Below, piece after piece: positions 11,987 to 23,507 of a stretch of 64,000 nt of DNA. This DNA is from Peribolospora baueri (Eukaryota). Every line of letters begins with the position of its first letter. The first letter of the stretch is position 1. The notes under the pieces are model-generated. The model was not told the origin of the DNA. It did not search any database and was given only the letters and a program-made list of their open reading frames with translations. The stretch is taken from assembly GCA_029717555.1 (NCBI GenBank), contig JAMDHS010000011.1, forward strand, positions 248,001 to 312,000, read 5' to 3'. A program made the translations under genes and the position numbers.

Positions 11987-12648
11987 CCCTTCCCATCCTC
12001 GCCCTCAATCGATCGATCGGATCGACGACCGGCCGTCGTCGTTCATCGCATCGCCAGTCGGTTCGTTGCATTGCCATGCAGAAGGAGACGGGAATGGAGG
12101 GATGGAGGGACGAGTGCTGCGCTGCGCAAGGCGACGCGACGCGACGAATCGAGCCGATGAGGATCGATTGGACCGAGTAGCAAGAGTGGGGCGGGGCGGG
12201 TGAGAATGCGTAGGCGGGATGGGATGGGATGCATGCGCGAAGGGGAAGAGTGGGGTCAAGTGGAGTGGTGTCAAGTAAGTGATGAGAAGACGGAGAGAGG
12301 AGCGAGGCGAGGCGTGACAGGAAGGGACGTGACATGACAGGACGTGATACGGCACGAGAGCGGGGCACGGAAGGGAGAGACGCGAGAGAAAGAAAGAGGA
12401 AAAAAAAAAAAGTAACGACACCCCCAGCGAGGTCCACGACGGCAAGCCCGGGTACAGAGCTACCGAGCTGACGGACGGGCAGACAGGGAAGCGCGCGGTG
12501 GGTGGTGGACGCATCGCCGACGGACAGGGCGGGCGATGGACAGGGAGGGACGGAGTATGGAAGAAGCATGATGACAAGCGTGATGAGTGACAGCGATGGC
12601 GACGGGCCCACGAGCCTTGTTCGAATCCCGGGACGATCGCGACGGCCG

Positions 12649-14330
12649 TCAAGGCACGCCGCCGCCATAGGGTCCGCTCTCGGCGTACGTGCCCAAGTAC
12701 GCGGTCGGGTGCGGCGGCGGCGGCGCGGGCGCCATCTGTCCCTGCCCCGGCGGTGGCGGCGGCCCCCCCGTTGGCGGTCCCGGCGGCCCGGGCGGAGGAG
12801 GCTGTTGTCCCTGCGGGCCGGCGCCCGTCGACGGAGGCCCCGCGTGCTGTCCGCCCTGTGCGATGGCTGCCGCCTGCGCCGCCTGAGCTTGTGCGAGCTG
12901 CTGCTGGTACTGCTGGTGCGTCATCCGGTGGTGGTAAGTCGGCTGCTGCTGTGGCTGCTGCTGCTGCGCCGCTTGCTGTTGATATTGCATGCGAGACTGG
13001 TACGCGGCCTGCTGCTGTTGATGTTGCTGGAGCATCTGCTGTTGTTGTTGTTGCTGCTGCTGCTGCGCGTAATAATCCATCGGGTTGGCGGCCGCGGCGG
13101 CGGCGAGGGTGGAAGGAGGCACGCCGGGGTCGAGCGTCGCAAGAGCGTTAAGCGGGCTCGTCAAGCCCGTCGACGAGCTCGTCGTCGTCGTCGCTACCGC
13201 CGCCGCCGCCGCTGCTGCTGCTGCCGCTGCTGCCGCCGCCTGCTGTTGTTGCTGACTGTCCCTCCTCCCACCACCAGCCGGTGCCACGCCGGCACTGTTC
13301 TGGCCTCCACTCCCAGGGTTGCTCCCGCCGCTGGCGTTGGCCGTGGCGGAGGAAGAGCCGCGCCGACGTTTCTTGGCAGGCGAAGGAGACATGACCATGG
13401 CGTCTTTGGACGTCGGCGAGGAGCGCTTGGCCTGGTCGTCGTACTCCTGTTGACCATCGGCGGCGTTGGTGTCGCTCGGCGCGTTCTGACCTCCGCCTCC
13501 TCCGCCGCTGGCCCTGCCTCTCTTCCTGGCGTCCATCCTGCCGGTGGTGCCGCCAGCGGGACCGGTGGGCTCGCCACCGCGTCCGCCGGCGCCGAAGGGA
13601 GGCATGCCTTCGGGTGCGTTGAGGCAAGCCTGGATGAGGTTCTTGCCCTCGGGCTTGGTGACGAGCGGTTGGAGCTTGGGCGTGGTGAAGGTGTACACGA
13701 GGCCGGTCTCGGAGACGACGAGGAGGAGGACTTGAGTGCCGGTCAAGGTGGACAGCTCGTAGGCCTAGGAGAAGCAAAGGGATTGGGGTGAGCATGCGGG
13801 TTTTGGCCATGAGAGCCGAGGGCGATCCACCTCACCTTTTTCATGATGCCGGCCTTCCTCTTGCTGAAGGTGATGTGCCTCCTGCTCTTATCCTTGATGA
13901 ACTCGATCTTGATCTTGCGCCTGCCGCTCTTGTCGCCCTTCTTCTTCCCCTTTCCCTTTCCCTTTCCCTTGCCGCCACCGCCACCTGGACCGTCGTCGTC
14001 GTCGTCTTCGGATGCGTCGTCGGCTTCATCGTCGGAACCGCCGTCGTCGCCGGACATGCCAGCGTCGGAGGCGATGACGGAGAACTCCTCGTCGTCCTCG
14101 CCTTCGCGAGAGCGCTTGAGCGTGCCGATCACGGTCCCGCCGGGGCCAGGGCCGGAGCCGGACCTGGCGGAGGGAGCGTGGTGGTAGTGAGCGGTCATGG
14201 CGGCGGCGGAGGATGCGGGTGCGGAGGAAGAGGGATAGACGCCGTTGCCGTTGGGAGCGACTGCGGGTGCGGCGGGGTGGATGGCGAGGGTGGATGTGCC
14301 GGGGATGGAGGGAGAGGCGAAGATGTCCAT
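12649..14330 (-). CDS. MCM1: SRF-type MADS-box transcription factor (Mcm1 orthologue) with Gln/Ala/Pro-rich C-terminus
   Basis: GRRKIKIEFIKDKSRRHITFSKRKAGIMKK | AYELSTLTGTQVLLLVVSETGLVYTFTTPKLQPLV...GKNLIQACLNAP across intron 13835-13765. Start (MDIFASPS) is inferred. Confidence 0.95.
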
Positions 14331-17300
14331 AGAGGGGTCGTGTGCGGCCAAGGGGTTGCGGATCGGATATGGAGATGGGAATGGGGGTTGGACTGAAAGG
14401 GGAGTGGGAGGACGGGATGGATGGGGCGAATGAAGGGACCGGGTTCGCCTGATATGGACGTCGGGACGCAGGCGGGCGACGCTGAGTGAGGCGAGTGCGA
14501 CACTTGGCGCGTCAGCCAATCGAAAGCGACGGAGGCGTCTGAAAGCGGTGAGCGAGCGTCTCGCGCGCGACGGACTCGAGGTGAAGGGCCCGTCGGCGTG
14601 TAGGGAGGAAGACAAGAGGCGTGGGGTAGGAAGACAAGAGAGATAGGCCTGTCTGGATGGTCGTCGGTGCTGAGCGATGGGTGTGGTGGTGGTGGTGGCG
14701 GACAGCGGGTCGCACTTGGCTGCGTCTGGGTCTGGGTCGAGTCGCCGGCGCACGGACGCGATGACGAGGAGGTCGGACGAGTGGAGCGAGTCGCGAGCCG
14801 GGCGGCGAGCAAGGGCAAGGGCAGGCAGGCGGGTTCGGCGCTGATCCGAGCGAGACGAGGCGGTGTGGTGGTGGGTCTAGGCGGAAGGGAGGGCGAGGGC
14901 GGGGATGAGAATGGACGAGTGGGCGGAGGCGGAGGGATGGATGGGGATGGTGGAGGAGAGAGAGAGTTGGAGAGAGAGCAAAGAAGGGATGGTCAGCCAG
15001 CGAACCGAGGCGGCCCGCAACGGTGAAGATGACGGTGACGACAGCGACGGCGACCGACGACGGCGACGTCCAACGTCCAACGTCGTCGATCAAGAAAGAG
15101 CTCTCAGTCTCGACGGGGCGGCTAACGCGGACAGAAAGGCGCCTCGATCTATTCTATTCGTCCATCCGTCCACCAGGGCGCGGCGAAATTGAGCCTGTGC
15201 TCGTGCTCGTGCTCGTGCTCGCCATTGCCTACTCCGCCCTTCGCCCTCGTCGTTCTCCGTCGGCGCGAGGAATACAAGATTTCGGCGTTCGTCCGATTCT
15301 GTCGCTGTCCCTCCCACCCTCCTGCCTCCCATCCCTCCGCTTTCTCTCCCTCCCCTTGCCCCCTTACCCATTCCCTCGTCCCCTGCTCCCCTCTCCGGCC
15401 ACGCGACGAACACTCACTCACTAACCGCGTATCAGAGCGCCCGGCGACGACAGAGGCGCTGTCTGTCGCGTCGATCGGAACGGGCACGCGCCCGGGCGGC
15501 CCACGTCAGGTCAGGTCAGGGTGGGTGACCAAGAACAAGCCAAGACGAGCCAAGCCAAGCCAAGACCGGGTCGGGTCGGGTCGACGGCCGGGTGGGAGGG
15601 CGGGGGACGGCTGCTGCTGGTGTCTCGTCCCGTTCCCACGCAGACGACGATGACGAGCGGCGGGGAGAAGTAGGAGGAAGAGGAAGAGGAGGAGGCGGAG
15701 GCGAGAGGGCGAGGGAAGGAAGAGGAAGATGAAAGACTTGGACTTGGAAGAAGCGCGAGCGGCAGGCGAGATAGAGAAAGAGAGACAGACAGAAAGAGGG
15801 AGAAGCGGAGTGGTTGGTGCAAGGGACGGTGTCGGTCGGGACGGGGACGCGACGCTGCTCGCTCGCTGCTGGCTGCTAGCCGCTGGCTCGCCCTGTCTCC
15901 GCTGCCCGCTGCCCGCCGTCGCATCGCCCTTTCACAGCGGGGAACCAACCGTCCTCCGGCGCGGCGCAGTGCGGCCCGACGCGGCGATGCCCGACCACCT
16001 CCACCCTCCCCGACATTCCCTCCGCTCCGCTGCCACTCCACGGCGCCCTTCTCCTTCCTCCTTCGCTCCGCTCCGCTTTTATTTTTTTAAAGAAAAGAAA
16101 GAAAAGACACTTGGAATGCCAACATACATCGCTTCCACCGCCGATCCACTTGCATACATCACCTCCGTCTCCGTCGTAGCCCCGCCGCGGTCCTCGAACG
16201 ACCACACGCGACTCGACGTCTCGGACAGCCGTCGGACTCGATCACGTGCCCAACTGCGCGGCGGCCCACGGAGAACCCGCGTTCACTTAACGGTTCCCAC
16301 GTTCCTCCTGTCTCGTTCGTCTTTCGGAAGACGTTTCGGGCTGACCGATGAAAGAAAGCCGCGTCCACGCGTGCTTCAACGGGACGCCCACCGGGACGAT
16401 CATGTAGCGAGATGGGCCGCGTAGTGAGCACGACGCCGACGCGGCTCAGAGACGACGTACGTCGGAAACGAACGAACGCTGACCAGGGAGAGCAGGCTTG
16501 TGCGTCTAAATAAAGAACCGCGTCCTACTTCCATCCCTTGTCCTCCTTCCCATCCGTGGCCCACGCGGACGGCCCAGCGTCGGAAGAATACGTTGGCAAA
16601 GACGGTACCATGAACGGCGCCGTACTTGGCCATGAGAATGACTACGACAACCTCTGCCGTCTGCCGTCTCGCTCCGTCTCAAGCCGTTGGCAAGGTTTCT
16701 TAGACATGTTATGTTGACCCGCATTTGCCCAGGTCCTCCGTCCAGGTGCCGATGTGCCCTGCAAGATGGACGACCAACCCACCTACCTGCACGTCCGCCA
16801 CGCCGCGTCGAACGATTGATCCATGGCAACGGACCTTGGAGGACGCCCCCGTTCGCCTCACCGCCTCGCAAAGGTTCGAGAGGAGCCGGCGCGCTGACGA
16901 GTCGCGTCGATTCCCGCGCGTCCTTACGATCGGGCCAATGTCTCTCTCATGGATGCATCATCGGTACGGTTGGGGAAGATATATGGCCCCATCGGTCCCA
17001 GCGTTTGCACTTCACTTGTAGCTAGCGCCGATGCCAGCGTACGGTGAGGATCCCTATGCTACAGTGGGGGGAGTCAAAAGCGAGGACCGGCGCCGCCTCC
17101 TTTCGTCCGTCATCTCGTCGGTGGGTCGACGGTGCGACGAACGGTCGACGGCGCAAACAAAGCGCGAGACGGCGAGGTCGGGTTCCTACGGCCCAGGAAA
17201 GGCGATCTACCACCGACGGTCTCTCGAAAGTCAAACCGAACCACAGCCTAGGGGAGCCCTTCTTTCCCATGGAGAGGAAAACGCGCGCTCGCCCCAACCT

Positions 17301-17411
17301 CGACGGGCGTGTGAGGGAGAAGAGACGCACCGAACGACGCGTCTCGTCAAGCGGGCTCGACTGGCTTCCCGAGGACGACGCGTCCCTATCGCTACCCTCT
17401 CCCGCTTCCTA

Positions 17412-18669
17412 TCAAGCCTTTGGGCTCGTTTGAGTCGCCTCGTAGACCATTTCGATGACGTCTGCAACAAAGGCGAAAGAGAGGTGACGAGGACGGCTGT
17501 CAGCTCCGCAGCTGACCGAGAAGTCGGCGGGCGACTCACCTTCAATGGAGAGAACTTTGAGCCATTCCGGTCGTTCCGACCTCCTCGTCCTGGCTCCCAC
17601 AAACACCTCAGCCGGCGGATCCTCCTCTCCAAATGGGCCCCTCGCAACGGTCACTTGGCACACCCCGCCCTCCTTCTCGGCCAACCATCCCCACGCGAAC
17701 CTCCAGCCACGCTTTTGAACTCCCTCTACCCACACGCCCTCCTCTCCCTCCTTCGTCTCCTCGTCTTCCCACAAAGGTAGACGGAACTCGACCGTGCCCG
17801 GGTCCTGCATAAAGCCGGTACCAGTCGCTTTGAGGTAGGCCTCTTTGAGCGTCCATATGTGGAAGAGCCGCCGAACCAGCTCCTCCTCGTCCGCCCCTTC
17901 TCCTTGTCGTACGCTTCGGAGAGCGCGAAAGATATAGGCAGACTCTACGGGCGAGAGCGCCAGCTCGATGCTACGGACGAACGAGACGGCCGACTCGTCC
18001 CGATGGCGAGAAGGGATGGAGTGCGACATCACGTCCGCCCCTATGGAGAGAGACGAGCGGCTCGTACGGGAGGACGTGGCGGGGGCAAAGGCCATAATCA
18101 CCCAAGACGAGTCATGAGAGACGTTGTAGTCGATAGGCGCACAAAGTCGCGGACCTGCCTGGCGGTGGCAAGTCAAGCACATCTCACTCGTCGATCCATA
18201 TCAGATAAGAAGCCCGAGGACGGGGACAAGCACCCACCAGGTACGGCCGTCCGGCCGGCGTCTTCTCAAAAGCGAGCTCCTCCCATCCAAGGCCGTGCCT
18301 CTGAACGAACATGAGGCGGGGAAGCAGCCTTCCTACCAGGCATCCTGGAAATCGGTCCATCCGTCGTATCGCTCACAATAGTCAGTGGCACAAAGCGATG
18401 TATCGGCCATGGGATAAAGCATGGACCGTCTTGATCGCTCACTTCGGGCATCTATAGGGTGGTAGAACTTGGGAATACGCTGTTGCGATTCGGCGTCGAG
18501 AAGGGAGAGCAGCTTGGCGAGCTCCTGGGGAAAAAGAGCCACGAACGTATTCATTCGCCGTCGCCCGATCTAAGGAATACCGTCGACCGACGGACCGACG
18601 CTGGCTCACCTGTCTTGAAGGATCCCACTGGGAGACGTCAACCGCCCAACATTCTATTTCCCCCTCCAT
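17412..18669 (-). CDS. LYS5: Sfp-type 4'-phosphopantetheinyl transferase (Lys5/NpgA/Ppt1 family), multi-exon
   Basis: WAVDV, DARRCLVGRLL, KTPAGRPYL, YNVSHDSSWV, IGADVM and FHIWTLKEAYLKATGTG, reconstructed across GT-AG introns. Confidence 0.9.
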
Positions 18670-18740
18670 TGGCCTCGGTCGTGCCTCCTGCGAGTGTCTT
18701 GTCTCCGTAGGGGCTCAGCGATAACCAGGACTCGCGCGGA

Positions 18741-18755
18741 CGGTTAGGGTTACCG
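18741..18755. promoter_or_regulatory. Telomere-repeat-like element (CGG-TTAGGGTTA-CCG) in the short bidirectional PPTase/DAM1 promoter
   Basis: The sequence is seen directly and resembles Tbf1/telobox-type sites. Function is inferred. Confidence 0.3.
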
Positions 18756-18865
18756 ACGTTGGCGTCTCGTCGCGTCGAGCCATTTGGGTTGATCGAGCGA
18801 TCGATCGTCGATCGACGTCGCCGTCTTCGCTCGCCCACCACCACCTCCCTACCCTCGCTCCCACG

Positions 18866-20378
18866 ATGGCCACTCACAGACCGACAACCCCACTGCGTCG
18901 CATCTCCCGCGGCTCCCTCTCCGCGCTCTCTCGCTCCTCCGGCCCCACGTCCACACCCCTCGACTTTCTCCACTCCGCCATGGCCGACCTCGCAGATGAG
19001 ACGACGGTGCTGCAAGGCAACTTGGAGAGCGTGGACGCCATCGAGAAGGCTTTAGGCGCCTTCAATGAGAGCTTTGCCAAGTTTTTGTGGGGGATGAGGA
19101 TGAACGCTTACTGCGTTGACTGGTTGGAGGTGGGTGGCTTCAGCACATCGTCGGAGGCGGTTTGCGTGCTCAACCGTCCGTCGTCCGTTGTCCGTCGTCC
19201 TGTCTTCTCACTTTTGGATAGGCGCCGCGAGAGGACAACTTTGAACGTGCTGAGAAGCGGGCAGCGGGTACGTTTTCGTTGTTGCCACCATTCTGGTCAT
19301 CGTTCTTCGTCCGTCAAGGCGTGATTACTCATTCTTCCAAACTCCCGTCTCCCACCGTTAACAGCTGCATCAGCGCCAAACCCACAGCCTTCCTCCACGG
19401 GTCCCTCCTTCTTCTCTCCTCCGCCAGACGAGACGAACTCGGACATGACCTATCGCACTGTCGGTCCGAGCATTTCGGGCGTCGCAGGAGGAGGAGCAGC
19501 GGGCGGTGGACAGGTGAACCCAGCGGACATGACATACATGACGGCTGACGAGGACGTGACCATGATGGCGCCTTCTGAGCCCGATCCGCCCGCACCAAAA
19601 CCCAAAGGCGTGTTAAAGAGAGCGGCGAGCGGGCCGCCTAGGGGTAGGGGCAGGGCTGTAAAGAGAGGTGGGGCCGTTGTCTCGGCTGCTACTAAGAGGA
19701 AGAGAGAAGTGAGTGGGCGTAGAGAGGAGACAATACATGATCCGGCGTACTGACCTCCACTGCGCTCACCCGCACGCCTGTCCAGATGGCTATTGATGGC
19801 ATCGTCGAGACGCTGCCTCTGGAGTACCGCGGCAACGACCCGGTGAGTGCGGAAGAATCTTGCCTCTGCTGCACTGGCGACGCCTGCCCTGCCGACTGTT
19901 CGCTGTCGCTTCAACGAGCCGTTTCTAATCCGTGCGTACCTGTGATGCAATCCGCGCCGCGCCCGGAGCAGACTCTACGAAGCCAGATGGAACGAGTGAT
20001 CGCGACTCTAATGGGCGCGCCCGACGGTCTGAGAAGTGAGTCGGTCGTCCAGACGACGTCGTCCGGTTCGAACCGGTTTGGCTCGAGCTATCCTTTCTGC
20101 ATCTCACCTTTGTTGCTGACTTGCTCCGCTGTGACCGCTGACCGCACCGACTGCGACAGTCACCGAGATTGTGAAACCGGACCTTCCGCAGGCGAGAGTG
20201 AACAAGTGCCTCATCGCGCTCGTCGGCGCCAAGCATGTTCACAAGCTGAGCAGGAACGTGAGTTGATTTTCTTTTTTTTGTTCTCTTTCCCTTATCTTAC
20301 CTTTTTCTCCCACTCCCGTGCCGTCGCACACAGGGCGCGGTGTACCAGCTAGACGCGAGCAAGCTACCTGCGTCGTGA
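18866..20378 (+). CDS. DAM1: DASH/Dam1 outer-kinetochore complex subunit Dam1 with C-terminal extension
   Basis: RPTTPLRRIS...LDFLHSAMADLADETTVLQGNL...FNESFAKFLWGMRMNAYCVDWLEAP matches the DASH_Dam1 core. Downstream exons were joined manually to a TGA ending at 20378. Confidence 0.88.
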
Positions 20379-23300
20379 GGGGCGTATGGACCGCGGTCGT
20401 CGCTGGCCCGCCGGCCCGCCTCGCCTTTGTCTGCGACACGACACGACACGACGTCTTTCTTTCCCTTCGTCTTCTCCTTCCGCGGTCGGTACGTTTAGTT
20501 GGATTGGATTGGATCGGATTCGATTTGATTCGATGCTCGCCGGAGGGAGGAGCGTGAAAGGGAAGGCGTTCGTTGCGTTGCTTCTTGTCGCTTTTCCCTG
20601 CGTCTCTGCACTCACGCACGCACGCACGCCACGCACGCACGCACACACAGACAGACACACAGACGGACAGACAGATAGACACACCCTGTAAGGTAGCGTC
20701 CCTTAGCTACGCAGTTAGTGCGCGCTGCCCTAGCTAAAAGGAAAGAAAGAAGGTGTATGGAAGGTTCGTGGGCGTGCGCTCGACTAATTGACCTGACCTG
20801 ACCTCACCGCCTTGTCTTGTCCCCACCTCGCCTCGCCTGGCGGGAATAGAATATCGTGTCGTTTCGTCCGTCCAGTGGCCGACAGCGACAGCGGGTGACG
20901 AGGACGAGGACGAGGAAGGGACGGTTTAGTTAGGGCGAAGCAGTCATCTACGCGCGCCGGCTAGGCTTTGCTAGGCTGATCCATGCATGTGGGGAGAGCG
21001 GACGGTGGACGGTGGCAGCGATGAATTGGGATGGGTTGTACGTAGCGCACTGCAAGTAAGTACAGTGTGTCCCCGTCCATCCGTCATGTCATGTCATGCA
21101 TGGTACGACGGCGGATGTGGAGGTAGATGGCCGTCCATTGGCTCGTGATAGAAGAGCGGCGGCGTTGAGAGCGCTCGTTACGCGACTGACTGACTGACGG
21201 ACTGTCAGACTACTCGTCGGCCGTCTACCCCGTCCGTCCGCTTGCCGCGGCAAGACTAAGAGGCTTCTCTTTAGACGGGCGGGCGGTCGGCACGTCGGTC
21301 AGTCGGTCGGTCGCTGGACAGACAGACAGACGGACGGACGGACAGACGGTGGGACAACTGGGTCCACTTTTCGTAGGTACGTCGTCGTACGGCGCGCGGC
21401 TTGCGCCCGATCCCTCGCTCGGTCGCTCGTGAAAGGAGCCAAGGCGGCGTCGGAAGCGGGGCTGGCCGTTCGACGGAGGGAGGGAGGGAGGGAGATGGAA
21501 GGTCGACGGCGTCTGATTTCATCTGTCCGGCCTGCCATGTCAGCGACGACGACGGCGTGACACGAGCCCACTCCGGGGCCCCTCGCTGGCTCGCCGTGGA
21601 GCGGGGTGGAGGGCGCGCGCGGCGTTTCGGATGATCGAGGAGGGCGGCTGACGAGGGACGGACGGGTAGGACATGTCTCGGAGATGGAGACGGAGTTGGC
21701 ACGTGAAAGGAAGTAAATAACAAAACAACAAAGACGCCGGCCGGCGGTGTTCGTTCGGACGGTGCGAGCGGGGAAGAGAGCACGCGAGGGGGAGGGAGTG
21801 AGGGAGGGAGGAGATGACGACACATACACGACGAGGACAGGATACGACACGACAGGAAAAAGAGGACACGGCGAGCGATCTTTCCCCGTAACTACGTCCT
21901 AACCCTCCACGCCTGCTCGACTTGTTTCCGTCTCGCCTGCACTGGCCCGCGGGCAGACGAAACGAACGGTCGGTCGGACGGGCTTGCGGTGCCCCCGCGT
22001 CTGTGGCGGACGATGGCGTTGGCGTGCGTCCAAGCAAAGAAAGCCCCGTTCTCGCTTATTGTTTCTTTCCTCGTCCTCCTTCCCCACGGAAAGAGAGGGG
22101 GAGGATGTCTCTTTCTTGATCGCTTGCTCGCTCGCTGTCTGGCGGCGGCGGCCCAGTCCAGTCCAGTCCGTCGGGCAGCCGTGCTCGTGCGGTAGGGCGA
22201 GACAAGGGCGCGGACGAAGATGGGAGATGGTGCACGAAGATCAATCAGGTTGACGGGCCTCCGCCGACGGATCCAGTGGAGCGGCAGCAGATGGGTTAGG
22301 CGTTCCCAGTTAGCCTGCCTGTGCTCGGGAACGCTTCTTTCTTTCTTTCTTTTTGCCTTTTTCTCCTCTTTTCCCTCTGTCGCTTGCTTGCTGTCTCGCT
22401 TTCGCTTTCTCTAACCCGCGGAGCCGTAGCGTAGCATGATGGGCACACTTACGCACACGGATGGCGCCACCAGCTCGTGCGCGCTGCAGGTTCGTGAAAG
22501 CGCCGAGAGGGGAATCATGCAGGAGATCGCGGCGAGGCGAGGCGAGCGCCGAACGAACGGGTGGTGGGACCGCTGGCGGCGGAGGAGGGGCATGCGGACG
22601 CGGGGGTGGGGGAAGGAACGAAATGGGATGAGATGGGATGAGAAGGAATAGAGGCGATGATGGATTATTGCTGGTGGGAAGAAGGAAAGAAAACGAACTA
22701 ACTGCGCTCGCTCATCACTCACTGGCTCTGGCTCGGTCGGATATAGGCCATCGTCGTCGACCACATCTCTTCATCATCATCTTCATCTTCATCACATGAT
22801 ATGGTCTTTCTCTTTCTCTTTCTCGCCCAACTAACCCCCTCTCGGCCTGACTGACCTCCCGATCCCGCCCCACCTTGCTTGACTTTGACCCGCTTCTTTC
22901 TTTTTTTCCTTCCCTTCTTTCCTCCCCCCGACCATCCCATCACCTCCGTCCACCCCCACTCCCCCGGGCTCGCCCCGCCCCCACTCTCTCTTTTCTTTCA
23001 CCGCCCCCGCCCCTTCCCTTCCTCCACCACCTCCCTTCCCCTTCCCCGTCCACCCTCTCCTTCCTCCGACCGCTCACCTCAAGCCCACCTACGACTCAAG
23101 CTCGGAGGCGCCGCCGAGCGAGCACACGAGGCTTCGGCGCTCCCTACCTTCCTTGGTGAGAAAGAGAGGGAAGGAAAGAGAGAGAAAAAGCGCTCTTCAC
23201 GTCGCCCACCTCGTCTCACGTCGTCCGGCCGGCGTATGTATGCGTGCTCACCAAGTCTCTCTTTTCATTCATGCACCCCACTTCTTCAAGCCCGTGTCTG

Positions 23301-23507
23301 TTCACAGTCTCTGCAAAGTCGCCATCAGCAACCCGACTCTCGCCTATCTGTCCGACAACTCGCTCACGTCTCCCTTTCCCTCGCCTCCGTCATCCGTGTC
23401 TCGTCGTGCCCGTCCCTTCCTTCGACCCAATCTGCCCTGGTTGCTCCTCGTCTCTCCCTTGTTCGAGCCCCACAGTTCGCCAACTTCCCTGACTCCGCTC
23501 CGTCACC

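Noticed and set aside
12502..13791. 429-aa plus-strand ORF
   Set aside because: Antisense to MCM1; its poly-L/C/R content mirrors the CAG/GCA repeats.
14800..17400. Short ORFs between MCM1 and the PPTase
   Set aside because: Low-complexity or motif-free; more consistent with the MCM1 promoter and 5'UTR.
17412..18669. Secondary-metabolite cluster around the PPTase
   Set aside because: No PKS, NRPS or tailoring genes in the window, and the neighbours are housekeeping genes.
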